A stretch of 32,000 bases of DNA from Candidatus Electrothrix yaqonensis (lineage in GTDB: Bacteria; Desulfobacterota; Desulfobulbia; Desulfobulbales; Desulfobulbaceae). Position 1 is the stretch's first letter; the number at the start of each line of letters is the position of its first letter. The DNA is taken from the NCBI GenBank assembly GCA_047651235.1, contig CP178758.1, forward strand, positions 750,001 through 782,000, read 5' to 3'. The translations under genes and the position numbers were made by a program. The notes under the pieces were generated by a model. That model was not told the origin of the DNA. It saw nothing but the letters and a program-made list of their open reading frames with translations, and did no database searches. Below, in pieces: positions 18,301 to 26,345 of the stretch.

Positions 18301-19858
18301 GGACAGATATTCCGAGCTGAACATTCTCATCCGTTCTCTGAGCGAGGCGGTCAGCGATCTGGATTCCATGATGGCCCAGAACGTGCTGGATAATATCACC
18401 TGGCAGGAAACGGTTGAACGGCAGACCCTGGTTCTGAAGGAGCTGCAGAACAGGATGGTCAACATCCGCATGACCCCCCTTTCCACGCTGTCGGCCAGGA
18501 TGTACAGAACCGTGCGGGAGGCGGCGCGGACAACCGGTCATCCGGCCCGGCTGAATATTGAAGGCGAGTCCATCATGATGGATACCCGTGTCTGGGATGT
18601 GATGGCGGATCCAATGATGCATATTCTCCGCAACTCGGTGGCTCATGGCGGCAGGCCGATACAGGAGACCGAGGGACCTCCCCTGTCCGTCCAGATCAGA
18701 GCGCTCAGGCGGGGCGGTCAGTTCACCTTGGAGATCAGTGATAACGGCAGAGGCTTGAACTATGACGCCATCCGCCAGAAGGGAAGGAAGCTGTACCCCG
18801 GTGAACGGATCGATCTGATGAGCAGGCGTGAACTGGCCGCCCTGATCTTCCGACACGGTTTTTCCAGTGCCGGTGCGGTAACCAGCGTTGCCGGACGCGG
18901 TGTCGGCATGGATGTTGTCCGGGATGCGGTGGAGCAGCTGAACGGCTCCATTGAGATCAGTTCCGAGCCGGGTCAGGGGATGGAACTTATTATCCGGCTT
19001 CCTGTTGCTGTGGCGCAGCTGGCTGTCATTCTTGTCTATTTCGGGACGCAGCTCTATGCGATTCCCATGCATGATGTGCAAAGTATTGTCCGCTGTTCAC
19101 CTGAGGAGATGAACAGCGGCGATTATGATTTTGACGGAAAGATTATACCGCTGCTCCGTCCTGCCGAGGTGCCGGGCTTTGCAACATGGAGCCAAACAGA
19201 CAGCGGGCAGCTCTCCGCACATGATCAGGCCCTGCTTATTGTCCGGGTGGGACGGGAGCAGGCAGCTGTGCAATGTGACCAGCTTGTGGGACAGCGTGAT
19301 ATTGTTTTCAAGGATCTCGGTGTTCATCTGCGGAGCAGTGTGCCCTGTATAGCCGGGATGACAGTAATGGGTGACGGTACTCTGATTCCTATTCTGCAGA
19401 CTGAAGAATTTCTCCGCAGGGGCGGGGCAGCCACGATCCGGGAGGAGCACGGGACAGCAGTGCCCGAACATACAGAACATGCGGAAGAGGAGCAGCTGCG
19501 GATTCTTGTGGTGGATGACTCCATCAGTGTGCGCAAGGTGGTGTCCAATGTGATCACGCAGCAGGGCTGGCTTGCCGTGGCGGCACGCAACGGTATTGAG
19601 GCTGTGGAAAAGATACGCGAGGAACGGCCTCATTTTGTCCTGCTTGATGTGGAAATGCCCCGTATGAACGGCTTTGAGGTTCTGCAGGCCCTGCAGGCTC
19701 AACCCGAACTGCGGGATATTCCAGTGACTATGCTGACTTCGAGAAGCGCTGAAAAATACCGGGAAAAGGCCCGGCAGCTCGGAGCACGCGGTTTTCTGAC
19801 CAAACCCTTCAAGTCGGAGGAAGTTGTCAGTCTGATCCGCAGTATGACATCCGACTGA
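15365..19858 (+). CDS. cheA: hybrid CheA-type histidine kinase (ChpA/FrzE-like): 4 x Hpt - dimerisation - HATPase - CheW - REC
   Basis: Hpt H-x2-KG motifs at His53 (HTIKGAA), His284, His494 (both HTLKGAA) and His732 (HTVKGAS). RVDVDKVDQMVGLSGDMVI dimerisation region. N box HILRNSVAHG, G1 DNGRGL, G2 GRGVGMDVV. CheW-like region at aa ~1215-1350. C-terminal REC (VVDDS, LLDVEMPRMNG, LTSR, LTKPF). No P2-type CheY-binding domain was recognised. Confidence 0.9.
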   Translation: MTTETMRNPVSDIVDSFLEEVEGYLPDMRRCLQSLQQNRQHRQALAEFHRIAHTIKGAAAMVGLDDLSGIGELLEKVMENVLASALSLDDELLTLLEEATGHIERYCMAQREGDTDPGLLPQEIEEEFRKKLGDLPSEPDENILEIVLAAGREGAEQSFLFEETEEAGHSDTETEDLFFPDEEGLPVAADDDLFLSDEITEETTEETTEDTPEAGNDYAGEDTGASAVDPELLQCFAEETDEELGNIDRFLHTLADAVSASSDGKIALSGSNQENLHSVRRSVHTLKGAAAVIGIDPVAAWGHDFEDFLDWLHDEAQAVDAETVAAVQEGADLLAKLAEEPTCPVAEEKQRLTAWFARLTAAGSDRAGAGGESGSAAEADPVADLFGGAGESLISDDADGGLFGDVSDDSSGDAADELLFPSDDSLDDRTGAPEDTAAEEAIDPELLECFHEEAEEHLEDIDKQLKELSAVVSGPVEISDSLRSMLHLLRRSVHTLKGAAAVIGIDSIAAWGREVEDFLDWLHDEAGSLEPETLVLVRQGTDLLVRLTGNPACSIEQEKAALAARFGEITAAAGDTASGRDNASAFEEDEADGADEEEAPEDETGHRGAGTDKELSALFGDEEELTDDTGDSFFDELSSADTDSDSDDLFSPAARDIPETLPQEPVAQAQDTGATGVDAVDPELLECFHEEAEEHLQNIDRQLNHLGMTVSGQVRLSDRRRAPLHSVRRSVHTVKGASAVIGIDRIAAWGHEFEDFLDWLHDDARFISPETVSAMLDGGDILARLVEDPSYPAAEEQEAARAQFREVIAADTGESGPHGADEPAGPIREAAPENILKDVAVQNEKVRQGQEDAAEVETGSAAEEEAPAGQPAESTESPSPAAPAQQKSSRKIATLRVDVDKVDQMVGLSGDMVINLSSFEGSMSAMSGTMKELDMILQRLKNINSSLEAGYELASIPHLRGAAEADSTDITEDFDPLEMDRYSELNILIRSLSEAVSDLDSMMAQNVLDNITWQETVERQTLVLKELQNRMVNIRMTPLSTLSARMYRTVREAARTTGHPARLNIEGESIMMDTRVWDVMADPMMHILRNSVAHGGRPIQETEGPPLSVQIRALRRGGQFTLEISDNGRGLNYDAIRQKGRKLYPGERIDLMSRRELAALIFRHGFSSAGAVTSVAGRGVGMDVVRDAVEQLNGSIEISSEPGQGMELIIRLPVAVAQLAVILVYFGTQLYAIPMHDVQSIVRCSPEEMNSGDYDFDGKIIPLLRPAEVPGFATWSQTDSGQLSAHDQALLIVRVGREQAAVQCDQLVGQRDIVFKDLGVHLRSSVPCIAGMTVMGDGTLIPILQTEEFLRRGGAATIREEHGTAVPEHTEHAEEEQLRILVVDDSISVRKVVSNVITQQGWLAVAARNGIEAVEKIREERPHFVLLDVEMPRMNGFEVLQALQAQPELRDIPVTMLTSRSAEKYREKARQLGARGFLTKPFKSEEVVSLIRSMTSD
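15962..15997 (+). repeat. in-frame 12-bp tandem repeat x3 (ACAGAGGAGACA ACAGAGGAGACA ACAGAGGATACA) encoding TEETTEETTEDT
   Basis: Read directly. It lies in the acidic linker between Hpt1 and Hpt2 of CheA. Confidence 0.85.
16046..17749 (+). repeat. three tandem Hpt-encoding repeat units inside cheA (about 16046-16399, 16688-17044, 17402-17749)
   Basis: An identical 26-mer GAAGATTTTCTTGACTGGCTGCATGA occurs at 16280, 16910 and 17624 (spacing 630 and 714 bp). The protein blocks are near-identical: DPELLECFHEEAEEHL..ID.QL and RRSVHT(L/V)KGA(A/S)AVIGID.IAAWG.E.EDFLDWLHD(E/D)A. Confidence 0.85.
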
Positions 19859-19939
19859 CAGATACGCCGGTAGAAACAGCGCCCCGGAAGGCGGAAGGCT
19901 GGAGATTGTCAGGGCCGGAATCAGAACCGGAGTTTTGCG

Positions 19940-20833
19940 ATGAAAAAAGTTTGTCTGGTACAGGGAGGCGATTTTGTTCTGGGAATTGATTCGCGTTCTA
20001 TTCTTTCCCGTCAGAACGGTACTGTCGCTGTACAGTCTGCAGCAGAGAGGAACCGAGAAATTATTCATCTCGGCGCCTTGCTTTCTCAACAGCCGTTTGA
20101 AACGGAAATCCCGTCCCCCGATTGCGTCATATTGGAACTGCGGACCGGAAAAACAAGTTTTTTTCTCCTGGTTGACCAGGTTGTTGATGAATTGGAGGTT
20201 ACCCGGCAGCCGACTGCTCTGCCGCCGTCCTCTTCCGCACGTACCGGAAAGTTATGCCCTGCGGCAGTGGTCATCGGAAATAATGTGGTGCTGCTCCTGA
20301 ATCCTGCCCGAGTTCTTCCGGTTGCAGACCAGTTAGGGAGTCGGGCCGGACGGGCAGCAAAGCCGCTTTCTTCAGATGCTGCCGGAGCACGGAAAAAGAA
20401 AGTGCTGAAAAAAGCACCGGAGAAAACAGCAGCACCAGCAGCACCAGTAGCTGAGCAGTCTTCCTCTGTACCAAAGACAAAGCTGCATAAAGCGGAACCG
20501 GAACAGGCAAAGAAACGGGCAGCGCCTTCCGGAACGGGAACGGCTCCTGCACCTGCAGAGCGCCGTCAGAAGCGGAAGCAGCAGAAAAATCATCCTGCTG
20601 TTGTGGACGAAGAAACCTTTCACAAGGTGATGACGTGGACGATTGCGCAGTTCAGCCAAGGCAGGGTGGAGCATGAGCAGATCACGGCAGATCAGCTTCC
20701 GCCTGAACTGCTGCCCAAGAACGGAGTGAACAGGAAAGTCATTCAGTACCTGATTGATCAGATTGCTCTCCGGTGTCAGGGGAATAAGGAGACTATGAAC
20801 CGGAATCGACCGGGAGAACAGCATGGGGGCTGA
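19940..20833 (+). CDS. divergent CheW-like protein with Lys/Ala/Pro-rich linker and unassigned ~75-aa C-terminal domain
   Basis: GGAG RBS. The N-terminal ~135 aa loosely follow the CheW pattern (CLVQGGDFVLGIDSRSI...IIHLGALL...FFLLVDQVVDELEV...VVLLLNPARVL). A basic low-complexity region follows (aa ~140-215), then a conserved-looking tail (ETFHKVMTWTIAQF...VIQYLIDQIALRC). Confidence 0.6.
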   Translation: MKKVCLVQGGDFVLGIDSRSILSRQNGTVAVQSAAERNREIIHLGALLSQQPFETEIPSPDCVILELRTGKTSFFLLVDQVVDELEVTRQPTALPPSSSARTGKLCPAAVVIGNNVVLLLNPARVLPVADQLGSRAGRAAKPLSSDAAGARKKKVLKKAPEKTAAPAAPVAEQSSSVPKTKLHKAEPEQAKKRAAPSGTGTAPAPAERRQKRKQQKNHPAVVDEETFHKVMTWTIAQFSQGRVEHEQITADQLPPELLPKNGVNRKVIQYLIDQIALRCQGNKETMNRNRPGEQHGG

Positions 20834-21380
20834 GCAAAAAAAGCCTGTCAGCGCAGCCGCAAAGTCGGTAAAAACTGTTTCTGTTCATCTGGCTGCCCGC
20901 CGGGTGCATGGGAGACTTCCTGTCCTCCTGTTTACTGCCGGTCAGGTGGACGAAATCCTCGCGGATGTGGAAGTACAGCCCATCCCGTTTGCAGCTGATC
21001 ATATGCCGGGATTGTGTGCATGGCGGAATCAGGTGCTCCCGGTTATTGATGCTGTCCGGCTGTTCGGGCTGCAGCCCCTGTCCGGAGAGGGGAGGACACG
21101 GTATCTCGTTGTGCGCACTGCCGTTCCTGCAGCAGAGCAGAACAGCGGTGCTGAAAAAGAAAGAAAAGAAATACTGCGCTGTGTGCTTAGAATTTCCGAT
21201 CAGATCGGGGGAGGGAACAGTCCGCCGGACTGTATTGCTGTTTCCCCGCAGTCAACAGGAATCCGATCGGTCTTTGTTCGCGGGCTCTTTCAGCGTGAAG
21301 ACGAGTTGTTCATTGTTCCTGATCTGGTTTCTGTTCTCCGCGAGAACAGCGGGGTTGAATCGTTCATGCAGGCATCATGA
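20823..21380 (+). CDS. cheW: CheW-like coupling protein
   Basis: CheW-domain pattern (LPVLLFTAGQVDEILADVEVQPIPFAADHMPGLCAWRNQVLPVIDAVRLFGL...YLVV). It overlaps the previous gene by 11 nt. Confidence 0.75.
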   Translation: MGAEQKKPVSAAAKSVKTVSVHLAARRVHGRLPVLLFTAGQVDEILADVEVQPIPFAADHMPGLCAWRNQVLPVIDAVRLFGLQPLSGEGRTRYLVVRTAVPAAEQNSGAEKERKEILRCVLRISDQIGGGNSPPDCIAVSPQSTGIRSVFVRGLFQREDELFIVPDLVSVLRENSGVESFMQAS

Positions 21381-21492
21381 TTATAAGCATAATGATGGAA
21401 TCAGGCTTTGTTTTCCCCGGCTGCTCCGCAGGAAAAAATATTGATTAAGTGATTAAATATTGGTTGGTTGTTGCTGGCCGCCGTACACAGAG

Positions 21493-21523
21493 GATGTATA
21501 TTCTCTTCTCTACTATATACATC
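21493..21523. promoter_or_regulatory. 9-bp perfect inverted repeat (GATGTATAT - 13 nt - ATATACATC) in the 233-bp AT-rich gap upstream of the MCP gene
   Basis: Read directly. A possible operator or internal-promoter element with no known motif match. Confidence 0.2.
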
Positions 21524-21613
21524 GATTTCTGTCTCCGACTCTTGGAATAATATTATAAAATAAGCAGTTACCCGGATGTTTCACTGTCCCGGTAATTTTT
21601 TAAAGGAGAAAAA

Positions 21614-24600
21614 ATGGCACATCCGTCAGAAAAATCAGAAAAGCCCAAAAAAGACAAGAAAAAAAACAGGGTGGATATAAAGAGGATATTCACTGGCCAG
21701 CGGAGTATCCGGGGACGGCTGCTGTTCTGGCTTCTCATTATCTCTCTGGTGCCGATGGCCGGTATGGCCCTTGTCAGTTATAAATATTCATCCACCGCCT
21801 TGCGGCGCCAGTCCTTTGAGCAGCTGGAAACCACGCTGGCGTTCCAGCATCAGGCTCTGCAGCGGTATTTTGATGAGCAGGCCAAAAAACTGGAAAATAT
21901 TGCCGGGAATATGCAGATTCTTCAGGAGCAGGCCTATACAAAACTGACCGCTGTCCGGGCGCTGCAGAAAAAACAGATAACCACCTATTTCAGGATGCGT
22001 TTCGAGGATGTGCAGATGTTCGGCGACAGTCCGCAGCAGCAGCAGGCACTTGCCGGTCTGCTGGACAATGCTGCCGCGTTTGCACCGTTTGCACCGTCTG
22101 TCCCGGAGTCTGGCAGTCTGCCGGAAGAGGCTGTTTCCGAACCTGCCGAAGCTGCACAGGAATCTGAATTTGACGATCTGTCGGAGGAGGCTTCCGCCGA
22201 AGTTTTACAGGAAGCTGACAATCCGGCAGAGCATTCAGAAATTTCACAGGATTCACAGGAATCCGGATGGTTGCCGAAAAATGCCGCTGCCGCACCTGCA
22301 CCGGAGTTTGTCGAATTTTTGGAGAACTGGCTCCGGAATCGGGATTTTGTTTCCCTCACCATGCTCAGCCCGGACGGAACTGTCGCGTATTCGACGGACC
22401 GGAATGTGGAACGGGGTGCCCAGGTGCAGGAAGGCACAGCAGAGCGGGAAGGACTGGAGAAAGGGATGCAGGAAACCCGCTTTATTGACTACGGGGCCTC
22501 TTCTTTTCACGAGGAAAATTATATTGCCTATTTTGCGACGCCGCTGCTGCATGACGGAGTACCGGCTGGTGTTCTCCTGTTCAGACTGGATAACCACGCT
22601 CTGGATGAAATTATGAAGGATACGACCGGACTGGGAGAGACCGGAGAGAGCTATATGGTCGGGATGGATGGTATGTTCCGTTCCAACTCCCGCCATTTTG
22701 AGGAAGCGACTGTGGCCAACCCTTCTTTTCTCGTGGATAACGAAAGTATTGTTGAAGCCTTTGCCGGGGAAGACGGGGAGGAGATCACGGTCAACTATCG
22801 CGGCGACTATGTGCTTTCCGCCTATACCAGGGTGACTATTTATGGAACAACCTGGGTGCTGATGGTCGAGGTGGACCAGAGTGAGGCGGTGGTGCCCAAG
22901 GTGGAGAAGAAAGCAGCTCCGAAAGAAGGAGAGATAGCAGAAGAGACGGATTATCTGTCCCAGCTTGTCGATATGTATAAGTTTCCAGACTTCTACCTTG
23001 TTTCGCCGGACGGCTATGTCTTCGCTTCTGCCAGGGAGAAAAAGGATTATCTGACCAACATTCTTGACGGCCCGTATGCTGATTCCATGTTCGGCAGAAC
23101 TGTGACCGAGGTGCTGAAAAACGGAGAGATGGCGGTCAGTGACTACGCTTTTTATGAGCCGGTAGGCGGGCAGGCAGCCGCCTTTATGGGAATGCCGGTC
23201 AAGGACCGGGGCGAGATTGCCATGATCGCTGTCCTGCAGATTTCCATTGATCCGATCAACCAGATTATGGATGTTCGGCGGCAGTTCGAAGAAGCGGCCG
23301 GACATGGGGCCTTGGGAGAACATGCTGAAATGATTCACGTGGAAACCTATCTGGTCGGCCCGGATAAATTATGGCGTTCAGAGGCCAAGGATGTACAGAA
23401 ATACAAAGTGAAGTCCACCCTGTTGGAGCCCAAAGCGAAAGTGGATACAGAGGCAACCAGGGAGGCGCTTGCCGGAAAAAGTGATACCCGTATTATTGTC
23501 AACAGCATAGGGGAGGAAGTCCTGTCGTCCTGGGCGCAGGTTCAGTTTAAGGGACTGAACTGGGCCGTTATCGGCGAGGTACCACGGGAAGAAGTTGACC
23601 AGCCGGTTATGGGTCTCTTGTGGACAGTCGGTCTGCTCGCGCTGCTTGCAGCAGCAGCTATTGCTGTGGTCAGCGTACTGGTTGCCCGTGGTGTGACCGG
23701 ACAGGTCGGTGAGATTATGCAGGTCATGGAAAAGGTTGAGCAGGGTGAATACGGCGAGCAGGTCAAGGTAACCAGCAGCGATGAGCTGGGCCAGATGGCT
23801 GCCTCGTTCAACCGGATGACCACAACTATTCAGGAGCTGATTGAAAGCAGGCAGAAGGAGCATGACGCGCTGCAGGATTCCATCATTCAGCTGCTGGAAG
23901 AAATTACCAATCTTGCTGAAGGTGACCTGAGTATCCGGGCGACAGTAACCGAAGACGTGATCGGGACGGTTGCCGACTCACTGAATTTGATGCTGGAGGA
24001 ACTGGGAACGGCATTTGCCCGGATTAAACAGTCTTCCGAGCAGGTCGGTTCAACAGCGAATATCCTCAGTGCCTCCACCGGGGAGCTTGCTGACAAGAAC
24101 AACAACCAGGCCAGCATGATTAATGAGGCGGTCCAGGAAATCAATCTGCTGACCAACGCGATCCGGGATGCGGCAGACAAGGCGGATCAGTCCTCCCGGT
24201 CATCCAAGGAATCCAGTCAGGTGGCGGAAGAAGGAGCACAAGCGGTACGGGAAACCAGTCAGTCTATGGAGGCCATCCGAAGCAATGTCCAGAATACAGC
24301 CCGTGCGATTAAGCGGCTGGGAGAAAGTTCACAGGAGATCAGTGACTTTGCCCGGACGATTAATGAAATTTCCGATCGTACCTCCATTCTCGCCCTGAAC
24401 GCCTCTATTCAGGCGGCTGCCGCCGGTGAGGAAGGCCGCGGTTTTGCCGTTGTTGCCGAGGAGATTCAGCGGCTGGCGGAACGGGCCGCTGTCTCCACCA
24501 GACAGATTGAAACCCTGATCAAAAATATTCTGGGCGAGATCACCGAAGCCGGGGTCAGTATGGATGCCAGTATTCAGGAAGTTGTGCAGGGAACAAAGCT

Positions 24601-24904
24601 GTCGCAGAACGCGCTTTCCCGTCTGGAGGAAATTACAGAGCGTTCCAATCAGGTGTCCGAGCTTATTCAGGGGGTGGCCCTCGCTGCGCAGCAGCAGGCT
24701 GAGACAACGGCTGTTCTGGCCACCTCAATGGGCGAGATCGGAGCGATCAGTCTGGAGACTGCGGAAGAGGCGATGGGGGCTTCTGTGTCCATGCAGGAAA
24801 TGGCCGGTATGGGCGAAGACATGCTCCAGGCCGTGGCTACCTTTAAGCTGGAAGCGGAACAAAAGGCCGATGATGCTGTTGATGATGCATTGAAGGGAGC
24901 CTGA
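21614..24904 (+). CDS. methyl-accepting chemotaxis protein with very large (about 600 aa) periplasmic Cache-like region, HAMP and MA signalling domain
   Basis: AAGGAGA RBS. TM1 LLFWLLIISLVPMAGMALVSY. Two Cache-like modules (SLTMLSPDGTVAYS...YMVGMDGMFRSNS...TWVLMVEVD and FYLVSPDGYVFAS...YLVGPDKLWRSEA...NWAVIGEVP). TM2 around aa 665-690. HAMP-like DELGQMAASFNRM. Signalling hairpin SILALNASIQAAAAGEEGRGFAVVAEEIQRLAERAA. Confidence 0.9.
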   Translation: MAHPSEKSEKPKKDKKKNRVDIKRIFTGQRSIRGRLLFWLLIISLVPMAGMALVSYKYSSTALRRQSFEQLETTLAFQHQALQRYFDEQAKKLENIAGNMQILQEQAYTKLTAVRALQKKQITTYFRMRFEDVQMFGDSPQQQQALAGLLDNAAAFAPFAPSVPESGSLPEEAVSEPAEAAQESEFDDLSEEASAEVLQEADNPAEHSEISQDSQESGWLPKNAAAAPAPEFVEFLENWLRNRDFVSLTMLSPDGTVAYSTDRNVERGAQVQEGTAEREGLEKGMQETRFIDYGASSFHEENYIAYFATPLLHDGVPAGVLLFRLDNHALDEIMKDTTGLGETGESYMVGMDGMFRSNSRHFEEATVANPSFLVDNESIVEAFAGEDGEEITVNYRGDYVLSAYTRVTIYGTTWVLMVEVDQSEAVVPKVEKKAAPKEGEIAEETDYLSQLVDMYKFPDFYLVSPDGYVFASAREKKDYLTNILDGPYADSMFGRTVTEVLKNGEMAVSDYAFYEPVGGQAAAFMGMPVKDRGEIAMIAVLQISIDPINQIMDVRRQFEEAAGHGALGEHAEMIHVETYLVGPDKLWRSEAKDVQKYKVKSTLLEPKAKVDTEATREALAGKSDTRIIVNSIGEEVLSSWAQVQFKGLNWAVIGEVPREEVDQPVMGLLWTVGLLALLAAAAIAVVSVLVARGVTGQVGEIMQVMEKVEQGEYGEQVKVTSSDELGQMAASFNRMTTTIQELIESRQKEHDALQDSIIQLLEEITNLAEGDLSIRATVTEDVIGTVADSLNLMLEELGTAFARIKQSSEQVGSTANILSASTGELADKNNNQASMINEAVQEINLLTNAIRDAADKADQSSRSSKESSQVAEEGAQAVRETSQSMEAIRSNVQNTARAIKRLGESSQEISDFARTINEISDRTSILALNASIQAAAAGEEGRGFAVVAEEIQRLAERAAVSTRQIETLIKNILGEITEAGVSMDASIQEVVQGTKLSQNALSRLEEITERSNQVSELIQGVALAAQQQAETTAVLATSMGEIGAISLETAEEAMGASVSMQEMAGMGEDMLQAVATFKLEAEQKADDAVDDALKGA

Positions 24905-24997
24905 ACTGACGGCTGAAAGCAGCAGGAGTTTTTCTGCCGGAATGAACCGATTCATCTGAAATCTGCAACTTCATATAACTGAAAAAGGTCGGAAGGA

Positions 24998-26194
24998 ATG
25001 AACAAGAAAACATGGAGTATTCTCTGCGGCTGCTGTCTGTTTGCAGCAGTCACGCTGCCTGTACAGAGTTTTGCCGTCCCCAGACTCGGCCAGTCCTGCG
25101 CATTAACAGGTCCTACTTCGTTTCTCGGACAGGAGATGCATAAAGGGGTAAAGGCGTATTTTGATCAACGGGCTTCCGGAGAGGTCGAGCTGCTGGTCAA
25201 GGATGACGGCTATGAACCGGGCCGCTGTTTTGATAATACAGAGGCGTTTCTCCGGGAGAAGGTTGATGCCCTGTTCGGATATGTAGGAACGCCCACCGCA
25301 AAGGTAGCTGTGCCTCTGTCAACAGAAAACAACCTGCTGTTTTTCGGGGCATTCACCGGCGCAGGCTTTCTGAGTGATGTGACGGCGAATCCGTATTCAT
25401 TTTCTGTCCGCGCCAGTTATGATGCCGAGGTTGAAAATATGATGCGGCATCTGAAGGAAGATCTGGGGATTCGTCGGGTCGGGCTTTTTGTCCAGCGGGA
25501 TGCCTTCGGCATGGCCGGTGTGCAGGCCGCTGTACGCGCCCAGGAAAAAGTGAAAGGCATTCAGATTGTTCCCCCTGTGCCCGAGCTGCCGGGAGATGAG
25601 AGCTCTATGGATGAATGGAATGCTTTCTGGAAAAATGTGCCGAATTATCGAAGAAATACTGTTTCCGTGGGCGGCGGGGTCCGGCAGGTCAGGGGACAGG
25701 CTGTTGAGGCGGTGATCCTTATCGGGGCCAGCCGGCCCTGTGCGCTGGCCATTAATCAGTGGCATAAGATAGGCTATAATGTACCCATGATCAATATTTC
25801 CTTTGTCGGTTCGGGAGCATTGGCCCGCCGGCTGAAAAAAACCGATAATGTCTATATCAGCCAGGTTGTGCCTGATCCCTGGGATGAATCCATCCCGGTG
25901 GTAAAGGAGTATCATCAGGATCTCGGATCAGATGAATACGGTTTTGTCAGCCTGGAAGGCTATATTTCCGCGAAGATATTTCATCATGCCCTGAATACGG
26001 TTGCTGGTGAGGTGACGTCCAGTTCCCTGAAAAATTCTCTGGAAAAAATGACAGGGGATGACATAGGGGGCATTGAGATCTCTTTCGGCCGGGAGGATCA
26101 TCGCGGAATGGATGCAGTGTACTTAACCAAGATCGATAAGTCCGGTGATGCGGTAAAGTTCACCTATGTTGATGCCCTGTCGGCAGCGGAGTAG
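24998..26194 (+). CDS. periplasmic type-I solute-binding protein (Leu/Ile/Val-binding-protein-like), no cognate ABC permease/ATPase nearby
   Basis: Signal peptide (CLFAAVTLPVQSFA). LGQSCALTGPTSFLGQEMHKGVKAYF start typical of the LivK/amide-binding family. ~370-aa mature size. 93-nt gap after the MCP gene. Confidence 0.85.
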   Translation: MNKKTWSILCGCCLFAAVTLPVQSFAVPRLGQSCALTGPTSFLGQEMHKGVKAYFDQRASGEVELLVKDDGYEPGRCFDNTEAFLREKVDALFGYVGTPTAKVAVPLSTENNLLFFGAFTGAGFLSDVTANPYSFSVRASYDAEVENMMRHLKEDLGIRRVGLFVQRDAFGMAGVQAAVRAQEKVKGIQIVPPVPELPGDESSMDEWNAFWKNVPNYRRNTVSVGGGVRQVRGQAVEAVILIGASRPCALAINQWHKIGYNVPMINISFVGSGALARRLKKTDNVYISQVVPDPWDESIPVVKEYHQDLGSDEYGFVSLEGYISAKIFHHALNTVAGEVTSSSLKNSLEKMTGDDIGGIEISFGREDHRGMDAVYLTKIDKSGDAVKFTYVDALSAAE

Positions 26195-26302
26195 TTTTTC
26201 GGAAAGCAGAGTCGCTCTGTCAAGGAGGAGGCGTTGATTATTTTGCCGCAGAGAATATCCCTAGGGTTCGCTGGAGTTGATGCCTGACAGAGCTTTCACC
26301 AG

Positions 26303-26336
26303 AAACCGGCCCCTCTTTGAGGTCCGGTTTTTTTTA
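26303..26336 (+). terminator. rho-independent terminator closing the chemosensory operon
   Basis: AAACCGGCCCCTC / GAGGTCCGGTTT stem with a TTT loop, followed by a run of T residues. Confidence 0.6.
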
Positions 26337-26345
26337 TTGTGCCGG

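Noticed and set aside
15365-19858. Periodic repeats that might be mistaken for a CRISPR or other noncoding array
   Set aside because: The repeats are 630-714 bp apart, in frame, and encode Hpt domains within one uninterrupted 1497-codon ORF. No short direct repeat/spacer structure exists anywhere in the window.
14990-20089. Four long minus-strand ORFs (14990-16315, 16180-17109, 17279-18238, 19097-20089)
   Set aside because: All are antisense to cheW and cheA, whose domain content is unambiguous. Their translations are low-complexity (Ser/Arg/Cys/Leu-rich) and they overlap each other in different frames.
22253-23338. 361-aa minus-strand ORF inside the MCP gene, plus 21985-22437 and 22008-22616
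   Set aside because: These are antisense or alternate-frame shadows of a well-supported MCP gene, with no motifs or RBS.
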